Counted from the stretch's first letter, positions 13,110 to 24,995 are shown. The stretch: DNA of 64,000 bases from Heterodontus francisci (GCF_036365525.1 NC_090412.1:6676123-6740122), one strand, 5' to 3'. Notes: generated by a model not told the origin, from the letters alone. A program made the numbers and translations.

Positions 13110-13320
13110 TGCTAACTTCCTCGTCTGTGTTTGTATGTGAGAAAGAGAAACAGAAATCCTCGGTAATGTTGACTGTACAAGCTTTTGGTATCCACTTCAG
13201 GTCTGACAGTGCAAGGGAGCTAGTTACTGGCTGCGGACTGAACATGATGCAAGGAACTAGAAGCCAGTCATTTGCATGAAGGCGGAATAGAAAAATACTC
13301 GGTTTTAATTGGCCCTCACT
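13110..13320 (-). promoter_or_regulatory. Candidate proximal promoter of the nested gene
   Basis: Minus-strand CCAAT (13308-13312), octamer ATGCAAAT (13270-13277) and ETS-type GAGGAAGT (13115-13122) upstream of the leader ATG; motif matches only. Confidence 0.3.
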
Positions 13321-13579
13321 TCAGTGGCATTTTTCTTTGCTACTAACAAGCAGCAGGAGAGTTTGTTTTGAATTGAGAGAGAATTAAGTTGCCGCCTATT
13401 CCCAGTTGTTTGCATCTGTGCCCCTTTCAAGGAGACAAATGTAAAATATACCTATGTCAGTCTGGAAAAGTAAGACAAACTTAACCATCACCTTCATGTA
13501 AACTGACAGCCCAGAAACAGCCTGAAATAGAAGCTTTATGACATATGCGGGCAATGGATTACACTCAGTGCAGTGAGAC

Positions 13580-13854
13580 TATAGTTGCCAACTCTACTTG
13601 GATGTATCCCTGGAGGTTTAATCACAGACCCTCCTGTCTGCGATTGCCCCTCCCAGTCAAACTCCCTTTTTACCCCCATCTCCAATAATTATAAAACTAT
13701 TAAATGAAAGTGTTCAAAGAAAGTTTTTTTTGAAAAGCACAGTTTGTTTTCATGACCCAATGGTTATTCTCCCGTGTTGTTCCCAGCGGCATCCAGGAGA
13801 TTAATCTTCCATTCCTGGAGACTCCAGAGCAATCCTGGAGGGTTGGCAACCCTA
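13580..13854. mobile_element. hAT-like MITE; degraded relative at about 15300-15620
   Basis: TIRs TA(TA)GTTGCCAAC...GTTGGCAACCCTA; 8-bp TSD AGTGAGAC/AGTGAGGC (13572-13579, 13855-13862). Confidence 0.75.
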
Positions 13855-14486
13855 AGTGAGGCAAGGGCTAGACGTAGTTTTCGATGATTTGGTGTTAAAT
13901 CACTTTTGTGGCACTGGAAAATAAAAGTGTAAGCAAGTGTAGTTTTTTTAACGCAGCAGTGCAGAATTTATAAAGAGGGGAAGTGAGTGCTAACGGCACA
14001 AGATTTATTTGCAAGCAGTCCCTGAGGTGGGGCAAGAAGGGTGATGCACCAATTCCTGTCCCATTGAACATTTTGTTTTTTGAAGTGATGTTTCAAAGCC
14101 TGCTGCCATTTCTGCTTCGAATGTCAAAAAAAAATTCTCCCTGGAGGAATAATTTTAATTGCGAAAGTAAATAGCAGTTCCTTTTGTTGGGAACTTAACC
14201 CAAGCAATTTGTGAACTGAAACATTATCCAGCACGCAGTTAACCCCACACACTGCTGCCTTCCATGTTCATGAGATGCAGATTCCATCTGTCCTTGACCC
14301 AGATCCTGTGGTAGGTGAGAGATGACCACTTCAAGGACATGGTGCACAGTTGCCACCTCAGTTTGGACGTGTTCCTGCAGAGAATTAAGGTATCACTGGC
14401 CCAGACAGAGCAGCAGACAGAAGTTAACACATAGAGCTGCTGCCAAGAAAAGTGGCATCTGAAGAGAGATAAAAGGGGGAGATTCT

Positions 14487-15190
14487 TTTTTTTTTGTTCA
14501 TGGGATATAAGCATCAGTGGCAAGGCCAGCATTTATTGCCCTTAGCTAATTGCCCTTGAGAAGGTGGTGGTGAACTGCCTTCTTGAACCGCTGCTGTCCA
14601 TGTGGTGCAGGTGCACCCACAATGCTGTAAGGAAGGGAGTTCTCGGATTTTGACCCAGCGACAGTGAAGGAACGGCGATATATTTCCAAGTCAGGATAGT
14701 GTGTGGCTTGGAGGGGAACTTGCAGGTGGTGGTGTTCCCATGCATCTGCTGCCCTTGCCCTTCTAGGTGGTAGAGGTCATGGGTTTGGAAGGTGCTGTCT
14801 AAAGAGCCTTGGTGTGTTGCTGCAGTGCATCTTGTAGATGGTACACACTGCTACCACAGTGCGTCGGTGGTGGAGAGAGTGAATGTTTAAGGTGGTAAAT
14901 GGGGTGCCAATCAAGCGGGCTGCTTTGTCCTGGAAGGTGCCGAGCTTCTTGAGTGTTGTTGGAGCTGCACTCATCCTGGCCAGTGGAGAGTATTCCATCA
15001 CACTCCTGACTTGTGCCTTGTAGAAGGTGGACAGGCTTTGGGGAGTCAGGAGGTGAATTACTTGCTGCAGAATTCCCAGTTTCTGGCCTGCTGTTGTAGC
15101 GACAGTATTTATATGGCTGGTCTAGTTAAGTTTCTGATCAATGGTAACCCCAAGATGTTAATGGTGGGGATTCAGTGATGGTAATGCTGA
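14487..15190 (-). mobile_element. CR1/L2-group LINE 3' fragment (separate family)
   Basis: ORF MEYSPLARMSAAPTTLKKLGTFQDKAARLIG...SLHHRRTVVAVCTIYKMH (RT C-terminus-like); related pieces at 7385-7530, 50415-50550 and 54390-54640. Confidence 0.8.
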
Positions 15191-16136
15191 ATAAAGATAT
15201 GATATTTAAACAAGGGATAAAATAAGCTTGTATATCAATACATTAAGATACAGCAGGAGAAAAGGATTCTGGGTTGGGAAGGACAAAGGTGAACAGACAT
15301 TTTGCCTCCAACAGCCCTCCCTCTCCACCATCCCGCCATTGGTTGCTAGACAGGTCCATTTTCACAGCACACGAGCTTCCCACAGCCAATCAGAAAGTGA
15401 TCAGACTTTTCGCTGCCTGACTGTCAGTCAAACAGCTACTTTCCACCTCTAATATATTGAAAACTAATCAATAACAGCATTCAAAGAAAATTTCAGAACA
15501 ACACCTTTTTTTTTTGTATGGCCCCCCCGCCCCCCATGACTTTTCTCTCAGGTGTTGCTCGTAGCCGTGTCCTGGAGATTAATCTCCAATTCCTAGACAA
15601 ACCTGGAGAGTTGGCAATCTGAATATGCTGGTCTAACGATTTTAGATAAACAATCGTTCAGCCAATTCAGCAGGGACAAAGTGAGTCATTGTGCACAAGA
15701 TTGCTGGGAGTGTCCCGTCACACAGTGGGATGGGATTACTGAGGACCAGGCTAGTAGACATAACGTCACTTCTGATTCCCAGGGCTGTTTGCATTGCTGT
15801 GTGGAGAGGGGGCGGCGGGGTACATTTCTGGGTCTTTGGCCCAGGTGATTTGGGGTTGGGTGTGGTCTGGAGCTTTAAAGGGGAATTTAACCGTATGTTG
15901 TAGAACCAGCTGTTGTGATGAGAATGTGGAGCTCACTACCACAAGGATGTTTGAAGAGAGTAGCATAGATACTTTCAGGGGGAAACTAGATAAGGACATA
16001 AGGGAGAAAAGAGTAGAAGGATATGTCAATAGAGTGAGGTGAAGTAGGTTGAGAGGAAGCCTGTGAGGAACATAAGCACCATCATAGACCTGTGGGGCGA
16101 ATGAGACCAAACTGGTGGGGTTTCTGATGAGAAAGA

Positions 16137-16430
16137 ACAACTTGCATTTCTATAGCACTTTTCACAAGCTCAGAACGTCTCAAAGCACTTTACAGCTAAC
16201 GAAGTAATTTTGAAGTGTAGTTACTGTTGTAATGTAGGAACCACGACAGCCAGCTTGCACACAGCAAGATCCCACAAACAAGAACGTGATGATGACCAGA
16301 TCATTTGTTTTTGCGATGTTGGTTGAGGGTTAACTGTTGGTCAGGTCACCGGGGGAGAACTCCCTTGCTCTTCTTCGACACTGAGCCCAGGGGATCTTTT
16401 ACATTCACCTGAGAGTGCGGACGGAGCCTT
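16137..16430 (-). mobile_element. Deu-domain SINE, 5'-truncated
   Basis: Reverse-complement match to the same core and tail. Confidence 0.8.
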
Positions 16431-17579
16431 GATCTAATTGGTCATTTAGCCAACTCGATTGGTTGTCTTTGCACGCCCTCGGTAAATTTCCATTGGAGGG
16501 TTATCCCCTACTTGTTGGAATGTTTGATTTGAACCTCACTTGTTGTCAGTTGTAATTGTCATTGGCTCACATTTATATAGAACAATCAGACAAGTTTGAT
16601 GCAAACATCTAGTTGATGTAGAAGTGTACTGCCCAAATGTGTCACCCGAAGTGTGACATTGATCATTTTGCTGGACAGAATATATTATACACACAAGTTG
16701 TATTGTTATGTAATGTACACAGGAAGGTCGTAGCTCGGCAATATCAGAGTGCATCGGCTCTGGCAATTCATCACTGGGCTGCTGTCACGATATTGAAAGT
16801 TATCTTCCTCAGGTTAATGTCAGTCATGGACAATCTGATCTCCAGTGAAACGTCTGGCGGGAAAGTTGTGTAAATTGTAAGGAAGAAGAAAAAATATCAC
16901 CACGTTGTGATCAGAATGGCAGGACACTCTGAGACCCAGCTACTCAGTTTTGTTTTAATTCTTGTCCTTCGTGTTGTCCTCTGAACCTGTTGACTGTGAA
17001 TGCTCGGATGCAACGTGCTCCTAGCCTCGCTTAACTTCTACTTAACACGAACATTTTGTAGTGGCAGGAGGAAGTGGAAGCAAAGTAGTTTTGTAATGAG
17101 ATTTGTGAAATCTGTTCCTTTTGCGCAGTGTGACAGACTGCACACAATTAACATTTTTGCAAGATGGGTATTGACTTCAAAACATGACAGGGATATTATT
17201 AAAACATCTGCCTGGAGGAAATTGATTGGAGCTTATCCTTTTCATTAGAATCTGAGGTATTCAATCGTATCTGTTCCCCATTGGAATAAAGGGTGTTGGG
17301 AATTTGGGATATCCAAATTTTACCAGTTCACATACCAACACGAGTTGTGAATAGCAGGAGCTGTAGACTATGTGGGGAGAGATCAGTTCCCTTACATACA
17401 AATAAAAACCTTGAATACATTTTGAAGAAGATCCAATCTGGTGGTTTCCAGTCTGTAATCATTAGTCAGACGTTTCAGAGGATGTATTTTCAATCCAGGT
17501 TACTCCCATCCAGATAAGTGTAGGAAATTGCTGTCACCAGATGGAAAAGGACACGCAGTCCACCTCAGCTTATCCATCC

Positions 17580-17775
17580 AGTGCTGCGCTGTCAAAGGTG
17601 CTGTTTTTTGGATGAAACGTTAAAACGAAGCCCGGTCAGGTGAATGTAAAAAAAAAAAACAAATTCCACAGTATCTCGAAGAAGAGCAGGGGAGTTCTGG
17701 CCAGTGGCCTGGGCCAGTATCTATCCCTCAATCAACAGCATTGAAGGAAAAACAGATTATCTGGTCATTATCAAA
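17580..17775 (+). mobile_element. Deu-domain SINE fragment
   Basis: gaagagcaggggagttct...aacagattatctggtcattatca. Confidence 0.7.
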
Positions 17776-17822
17776 TTTACCTTTTTCCTAACTTGAACCC
17801 CTGTCCTACTGTCGCTGTTTAG

Positions 17823-17912
17823 CTTGAAGTCATGTTTCTGGCCTGTAACTTGTTCTCCTTGACTATAAGCATCAAGAAAACAGTGGTCATGGGACAAGGT
17901 GTTGCATCTCTG
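17823..17912 (+). mobile_element. RTE RT-domain fragment
   Basis: FLACNLFSLTISIKKTVVMGQ resembles the RTE motif F..AC..FGLTIS.KKT.VM.Q. Confidence 0.55.
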
Positions 17913-19242
17913 TGCCCTCTGCCCGCCACACTTCCTGCAGGATTCCAGCTGCCCTCCATTTCCAAGTATGGTATCATCTGCAAACTTGAGAGGCCATTTC
18001 TATTGACCTTCTGCATTGAAGTCATATCAAAGTGCCCTGTTTCAGAACTTGTGTTCTCAGTTTAAAGTAATTTTCGTACTGATCAGGGAACAGCTCAATC
18101 AACAGGAGAGAGTATGGGTTAGCTCAGCAGTGCTTACACAGACAGAAACTGGAGCTGAACTTCCAGTTGAGGATCAAAGGTTTCATGAGACATATTCAAC
18201 TGAAAATGTGAAATGCTCTAGATTGTTGGGTGTCTGAATGAAATGATTACATGCGTACAAAGTGAGGGGCATAGAATTGAATAGAAATTACAACGCAACC
18301 GGATCATCGGACTCAACCACACGAGCCATAGTCCTAATCCCATGTGCCATATCCCTTTATTCCCCTATTCTTCAAGCACCAATCTAACCCTTCTTAAATA
18401 TTAGTATAGTCTCTGCTTCAATCACTAACTTTGCTAGTGCATTTCACAGCCTCACAACCCTCTGTATAAAAAGTGTTTCTCCTACTCTCTGTCCTAAATC
18501 TCTTTCATTTAATCTTTGTCCCCTTGTTCTAGACACTGCACCCCTCCGCCCCTCAACTCAACCATTGGAAACAGTCTGGTTCTATCTACTCTGTCCCATT
18601 CCTTCATCACTTTAAACATCTCAAGAATAACATGCATTCATATAGCCCCTTCTTGACCTAGTAAAATATCGCAAGGCGCTTCACAGGAGCGTTATCAAAC
18701 AAAATGTGACGCCGAGCCACATAAGGAGATACAGGGCAGGTGAACAAAGATAGGTTTCAAGGCGGAGAGAGCGGTAGGGAGGTGGAGAGCTTTAGGGAGG
18801 AATTTCCAGAGCTTGGTTATCAGGATAAAACCTGGTGCTGTACCCACAAGCCTCTATTGGCTATTACTAGAAGCTCATCATGTGAAAAATGGCCAAGGTT
18901 TTTGGTCATCTATTCTAATACCTATGTGGCTCGGTGTGATAACGCACCAGTGAAGTGCCTTGGGATGTTTTACTATGTTCTGGGGCGCTATATCAATGCG
19001 AGGAGTTGTTGGAAATGGAGTACCCTGGAGTAGCAAACCATGCAGGCCTCCTGGGACTTAGCCCATGTAGCAGCATGTTTAATATGCCAGATATCTAACA
19101 AGTCACACTGCTTTATCACTTGCCACAGACTCCGTTTCCTGTCTGTGTTTATCTCGGCAGCCACTGGGTTTTAGACAGCGATGTTTATTTGGGTTTTTTT
19201 TTGCCCCTGCCAATCTTTGTCTCCACACATGCAGCTACTCAC

Positions 19243-19353
19243 CTTTAAGCGGACGCATCTCTTCAAATTTTCGTGCAGCAAGCCAAGAGTAACTGATGTG
19301 CTGTTTCCCATCTCTGCTTTTCGAGACCTCTGACAGCCAAGCCCGTAGTGTAC
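19243..19353 (-). other. Candidate upstream minus-strand exon, 111 nt, of the nested gene
   Basis: Acceptor cctcctgtgtattcccag, consensus donor AAG|GTGAGT. Open frame with ATG at 19311 in good Kozak context (gagATGG) encoding MGNSTSVTLGLLHENLKRCVRLK. Confidence 0.4.
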
Positions 19354-19666
19354 CTGGGAATACACAGGAGGGGTAACTAGCTACAGGTTGCAGATAATTA
19401 TTTGGGTTCATGCCTGCATCACCTGGAAGCTCACAGACTCCCCTCTGCCTCTTACCCTCATGATCCACAGACATTGCAAATAAATTGACCCCAAAACCTT
19501 CTGACCGTTGATGTTCATTCTGTTGCAGTGTTGGCAGAGTGTTGCAGCTTATCTTCACCAGATGTATTATAATTGCGCATTTCTTCTGTCGAAGCTCTGG
19601 GTGTGACCATAGCATAAAATTATTTTCAGTCACATTTTGGAGACGAAAGGCAATATGAACTAAATT

Positions 19667-19705
19667 GAGTTCTGATGAAGGGTCACTGACCTGAAATGTT
19701 AACTC
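19667..19705 (+). ncRNA. Minimal type I hammerhead ribozyme motif inside a short Penelope-derived element (19666-19801)
   Basis: GAGTT-CTGATGA-A-GGGTC-act-GACCT-GAAA-T-GTT-AACTC: stem I GAGTT/AACTC, stem II, conserved core. TSD-like ATAT(G/A)AACTAAAT at 19653-19665 and 19802-19814. Confidence 0.6.
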
Positions 19706-19891
19706 TGCTTCTCTCTCCACAGATGCTGCCAGACCTGCTGAGTATTTCCAGCATTTCTTGTTTTTATTACAGATTTCCAGCATCTGCAGTATTTTGCTTT
19801 CATATAAACTAAATGATGCAATTTAAGATGGGGTGCAGGAAAAGAGAGATCTCGAGGCAAAAATCTTAAAAGCTGGCAGGGCAAGTAAAAG

Positions 19892-20522
19892 AAAAGCAAA
19901 ATACTGCGGATGCTGGAAATCTGAAATGGAAAGAGAAAATGCTGGAAATAATCGGCAGGTCAGGCTGCATCTGTTGAGCGAGAAACATTTAACTCTCCAC
20001 CTTGCTCTCACGCTTGTCCCTTAGCCCTCGGTCTACTGCAGGCTTCCAGTGAAGCGCAACATAAGCTCAAGGAACAGTTTTGATTAGGGAGCTTGCACCC
20101 TTCTGGACTCAACATTGAGTTCAACAATTTCCGACTGTAAGCTCTGCCCCCATTTTGTTGCCTTTTCTATGCAGTTTTCATTCTTGCTCTTGTTTTGATC
20201 TTGTTTTTGCTTTCAGATGGCAGCTGTTCATTCACACCTCCACGAGACACATCTTCTGTTTCATTATTTCTCTCATTACCACTCCCTTCGGCACTGCCCC
20301 TCCAACTCTTCTGTCATTTAATCTCTCCTGTCTTTTCATTCTCTCACAGACCTATCCTTTTACTCTTCTTACCACCATCCCCCATTTGACCTGCTTAAAA
20401 CCTATTACGTTTCTAACTTTTCCCAGTTCTGACAAATGGTCACAGACCTGAAACATTCTTGTTTCTCTCTCAACAGAAGCTGCCATACTTGCTGAGTATT
20501 TTGAGCATTTTCTGCTTTTATT
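19892..20522 (+). mobile_element. Penelope-like element remnant: inverted terminal piece (19892-19990), GIY-YIG C-terminal remnant, 3' UTR/pLTR
   Basis: 20026-20135 reads, with disruptions, LGLLQASSEAQHKLKEQ..LGSLHPSGLNIEFNNF, typical of Penelope endonuclease C-termini. A degenerate hammerhead core lies at about 20425-20460. Confidence 0.75.
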
Positions 20523-20596
20523 TGCCGTTTCTTTGTTCCTTTATCTGTCCCCATGATATGTTTATGGTGCGAGATTTACACTTCTGTGTAAAAAAA

Positions 20597-21062
20597 AGAC
20601 AGACTTCCATTTATATAGCACCTTTCACAACCTCAGAACGTCCCAAAGCGCTTTACAGTCAATGAAGTACTTTTGAAGTGTTTTGAACTGTTGTAATGTA
20701 GGAAATGCGGCATCCATTTTGTGCACAGCAAGATCCCACAATCAGCAGTACAATGATGACTAGATCATCTGTTTTAGTGATGTTGATTGAGGGATAATTA
20801 TTGGCCTGGACACTGGGGAGAACTCCCCTGCTCCTCTTCAAAATCGTGCCATGGGATCTTTTACATCCACCTACGGGGACAGACAAGGGCTTCTAGTTTA
20901 ACGCGCTGCTCCGAAAGATGGCAACTTCGACTGCGCAGCACTCCCTCAGTACTGCACAGGAGTGTCAGTCTTGACTTCTGTGCTGAAATCCTGGAATGGA
21001 AATTGAACCCAGAACATTCTGACTCAGTGCTGAGTACTACCAATGGAGCCAAGGTTGTCACA
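20597..21062 (-). mobile_element. Deu-domain SINE, near full length
   Basis: Head, core and tail on the minus strand. Confidence 0.8.
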
Positions 21063-21133
21063 GCTATTGTTTGAGGCCTAGCTTCTCTCCCAGGGTCAGA
21101 GAACATATAGGAGTTATGGTGGGGGTTGTTAAA

Positions 21134-21180
21134 TCTCTCTCTCTCTCCCTCTCTCTATCACTTTCCATCTCTCTCTCTAT
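21134..21180. repeat. Imperfect (CT)n microsatellite
   Basis: tctctctctctctccctctctctatc... Confidence 0.8.
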
Positions 21181-22534
21181 CACTTGCAAACTCTTTCTCA
21201 CAGTATTTCTCTTTGTTCACTGTCGATTTCTTGTTTTTGCTTGGTGGATTAGTTAGGAAGGGGATCTTATCAGAGTTCGTTGGAAGTAAATAGGAACGGG
21301 TTAAGGACATAAGAAATGGGAGCAGGAGTGGGCCGTATGGCTCCTTGAACTGTTTAATAAGATCATGGCTGATCTTCTCCCTCAATTCCACTTCCCACCC
21401 TATCCTCATATCCCTTGAATATACTCAACAGTGAACATCCTCAGGCCTCTGGACTAGAGAATTCCCAGGATTCACAAGTCTCTGAGTGACAAAATTTTTC
21501 CTCATCTCTATCCGAAATGGCTGACTCTTTTCCTAAGACACTCAGTACCTAGTCCGAGACTGTCAGCCAGGAGGAACAGCTTCTCAGCATCTACCCTGTC
21601 AATAAGAACATAAGAAAAAGATATTTTCTCTAAACCAGAGGTAGGGAAGAAAGAAAGGAAAGAACAGGAGTTGGACCTGCACACGGCTTGATTGCAGGAT
21701 TCTGATGTGAGCTAACTAGGACGGAAACTCCCCAGTCTAACAGAGATGGTCAAACTGCATTCTGTTTGTGGAGCAGGCTATGGAAAATTGAGGCGTTGAA
21801 AGGTCATTGTCTTCCAGCAGTGATGCATCATGGTCTGCCATGGTCCCCTAGAGTTTGCCCTGTGGATTTTGGGAGGGATTTCCCGGAGTTTTTCTTGAAA
21901 TTTGTCTTGTGGACAGGGCAGGCATGGATGGGTTTGATTCTCTTCTCTCACCTTGAAGTATGTTGGTGTTTGCAAGAGGACCTGTGGGAGTTTAGTATCT
22001 GCAGGGTGTCCTCATTACAGACTGGAAACCACTAAGACGAGTGAGGGGAAGTGCATGGGTTCCAGCTGTATTTTTGCCAATGGGACGAACATGAAATTGC
22101 TTGGGAACAAAAATTCAACTTAAATTTCTTGAAAGGGACAGAAATTACTTGTTTGTTGCTTTTCATTTAAGCTTTAACCCCGCCCTTGCAAAAGTTGCGT
22201 TTCTGCCGGGCGGAAAATGTATTCCCCTATAGGAATAATTTGCATCTCTAAAATTGTGGGGGAAGGCTTCTTTTGTGTGTAAACTAATTTATAAATAAGG
22301 GGTTTACGATGCAATCACGAAAGCATGCAAAGGACATTTCCCCTGCATTCTTTCTAGCGTGAAAACAATTCCTTTGTTTCCTTTATCCACTAGCTCAGGT
22401 CTCCCAAGTAAAGCAATGGTACAGGTGCAACAAGCATTTAAATTATTTGGCACTGGTGAGAACGTAAAGTAAACTTGCCAATTAAATAAGGCCAACACCC
22501 AGAATATAATGGGTCATCTTGGTTTCAGCTGAGA

Positions 22535-23070
22535 TGTTAAACCGAGACCCCATCTACCCTCTCAGGTGGATGTATAAGATTCCCATGGCACTGTTCAAAG
22601 TGGAGAAGGGGAGTTCTCCCTGATGTCCTGGCCAACACTTTCCCTTGGGCCAACATCACAAAAGAAAACCAATTATCTTGGTGATTTTCACATTGTGAGT
22701 CTTTTTTTCTCTTTTGCCAACTACCTGGGTCGCATATAAAGTGTGGGGAGAGGGGGAAGGGTTGGCAAAGACTACAGGCCATAAAGGACCCAAAAGAAAA
22801 AAAGATCTTGCATTTATGTAGTACCTTTCATAATCTCAGGACGTCTCAAGGCACTTCACAGCTAATGAAGTACTTTTGAAGTGTAGTCACTGTTGTAATG
22901 TAGGAAGCATGGAAGCCAATCTATGCACAGCAAGCTCCCACAAATAGCAATGTGATAATGACCTGTTAAATCTGGTGAAGTTGCCCTCCACTGCTCCTTT
23001 TTTCAAAATAGTGCCATGGGGTCTCTCACATCCAACTCAGAGGGCAGACGGGGCTTTGGTTTAACGTCTC
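22535..23070. mobile_element. Two Deu-SINE fragments in inverted orientation (22535-22700 +, 22803-23070 -)
   Basis: Core matches on opposite strands. Confidence 0.7.
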
Positions 23071-23769
23071 CTCTGTTAAGGTGGTCGACAAGTGCCTGAT
23101 CACTCCCTCTCTCACCACATGGGACCCGAGCACCTGGCAGCCAAGAAGACCAATATTTCCTCAAGGGATGGGGGCAGAGACCATTGGATCCAGGAGGTAA
23201 GTGCCAACTCCCCACAATCGGAGCCCTCCACAACCCTTCCAGCCTCACCCTGACTTCGCTGAGGTGTCCAATTCCCCCCTTCCCAACTGCTCTCCCCCAT
23301 CCACACCCCCCCCCCCAAAAAAAAGGCCTCCAACCAGTTCAAGATGTGTAATGCATCCCGAAGGTCAGTTACTTTGGCTATTGTGACCTATTGTCATTCA
23401 CTACCAGAGAATGTCCTCTGCAAGACTTTAGTCTGGGTGTAGTGCCGTTCTTGACTATCAGCTGGCAGGTGAAGAGTTGGGGTCTTTATGGTGTGGCATT
23501 GATATTGGAAGGATGACAAGAAAATACATCCTTTGGTACATAACAGGCCAAAAATATCAAAACTAAGTCTATCCTGCAGCATCATTGCTCTGAGTTTGCC
23601 AGACAGTATTACCATAACCATGAATGGATATCATCTGGGCTTTATCAATGGTGACTATTCCTTTCATTGAAGCAGCCCATTCTTACATATCATTGTATGT
23701 GTAACAACGTTCCAAAGGTGGTAATGTATTGTGTAAAGCTAGTTTCGATTATGTGCCAAAGCAAATTGT

Positions 23770-24130
23770 TGTTATTTTTATTCTTTCATGGGATTTGGGT
23801 GTCACTGGCAAAGCCAGCATTTGTTGGGCATCCCTAATTGCCCTTGACAGCTGAGTGACTCTTAACAGCAAGCCAATCACATTGCTGTCTGGAGTCAAAT
23901 GTAGGCCAGACCAGGTAATAACAGGAGATTTCCTTCCCTAAAGGATATTAGTGAACCAGATGGATTTTTATGACAATCAATGATTATGGCACATTACTCA
24001 TTTTTTTTATTAATTAAACTTATAATTTAATTGAATTTAAATTCCGCCAGCTGCTATGGCGGGATTAGGACCCATGTCCCCAGGGCATTAGCCTGAGCCT
24101 CTGGATTACTGGTCCAGCGGCCTTACCACT
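23770..24130 (-). mobile_element. tRNA-head SINE sharing its 3' tail with the 14487-15190 LINE family; second copy at 60080-60460
   Basis: Minus-strand tRNA-like head near 24130; tail ...aattagggatg...aaatgctggc...gccag... matches the LINE 3' end. Confidence 0.6.
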
Positions 24131-24776
24131 GCATCCTCTCCCTTCCGTAATTACTTCTTTCATTACTTCATTCCTTAATTACTGGATGATTCTTTGTCAA
24201 TTTATTTTTTGGTCCCAAGGACTTTGGTACAAATCCAAATTGTAGCAATACAAAACGTAGCAAGCCAGTTTACAGATTATGGGGGGGAATTTGGTTTTGT
24301 GCAATTTCTGTCCCATTGAAGCCAAAGGAAATAAGAATGGGAGGAGTTGCAAAGCGGACTACTGGCTCTCTAGTACTAGTTTTACTCGATCGCACATAAT
24401 CTACCCTCTGAGTGTCTTTGCTTGTCTGATGGGTTTTTTTAAAAATCTTTTGGCTCGTTTACATAAAATGGCAAATTCAATCCAAAGACCAAATGATTCA
24501 ACATTATGATGGGCTTTGATAGTAAATCAGGAGAAACTGTTTCCGAAGCAAGCGGGTTGGTAACCGGAGGACATGGATTTAAGGTAAAAGAACCGGAGGG
24601 GAGACGAAACTTTTTTTTATGCAGCGAGTTCTCATGATTTGAGAGGGTTGGCAGAAGCGGATTGAAAAGTAACTTTCAAAAGGAAATGTGAGAAAAAAGG
24701 AAAAAATTTCAGAGGAATGGGGCAAGAGAAGGGAAGTGAGACTAATTGCACAGCTCTTTCAGAGAGCTGGCACAGG

Positions 24777-24995
24777 GCCCATTGCACGAAGCCAGGCAGT
24801 GAAGGATAAAACTGGAGCCCAATCTTAACACAGTTGTATAAGCTTTTATTTACAGAGATACACAATCCAAACATGCATCTCCTAACTCAACAACCATAGT
24901 TTCAGTCTGTGACTATTTATAGGAGCACAAGTGAATCCCCAGTTAATGCCCAACATCTGCATACAATTAAACACACCATTAATGTACCATTAACA
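24777..24995 (-). mobile_element. LTR-like insert within a CR1 3' UTR
   Basis: Interrupts CR1 with ACAGG duplicated (24772-24776, 24996-25000). The minus strand starts TGTTA and has TATAAATAG and AATAAA. Confidence 0.45.

Noticed and set aside
19235-19783. 182-aa minus-strand ORF
   Set aside because: Starts in a Penelope fragment and has no recognisable domain; only the spliced sub-segment in another frame is kept as a candidate exon.
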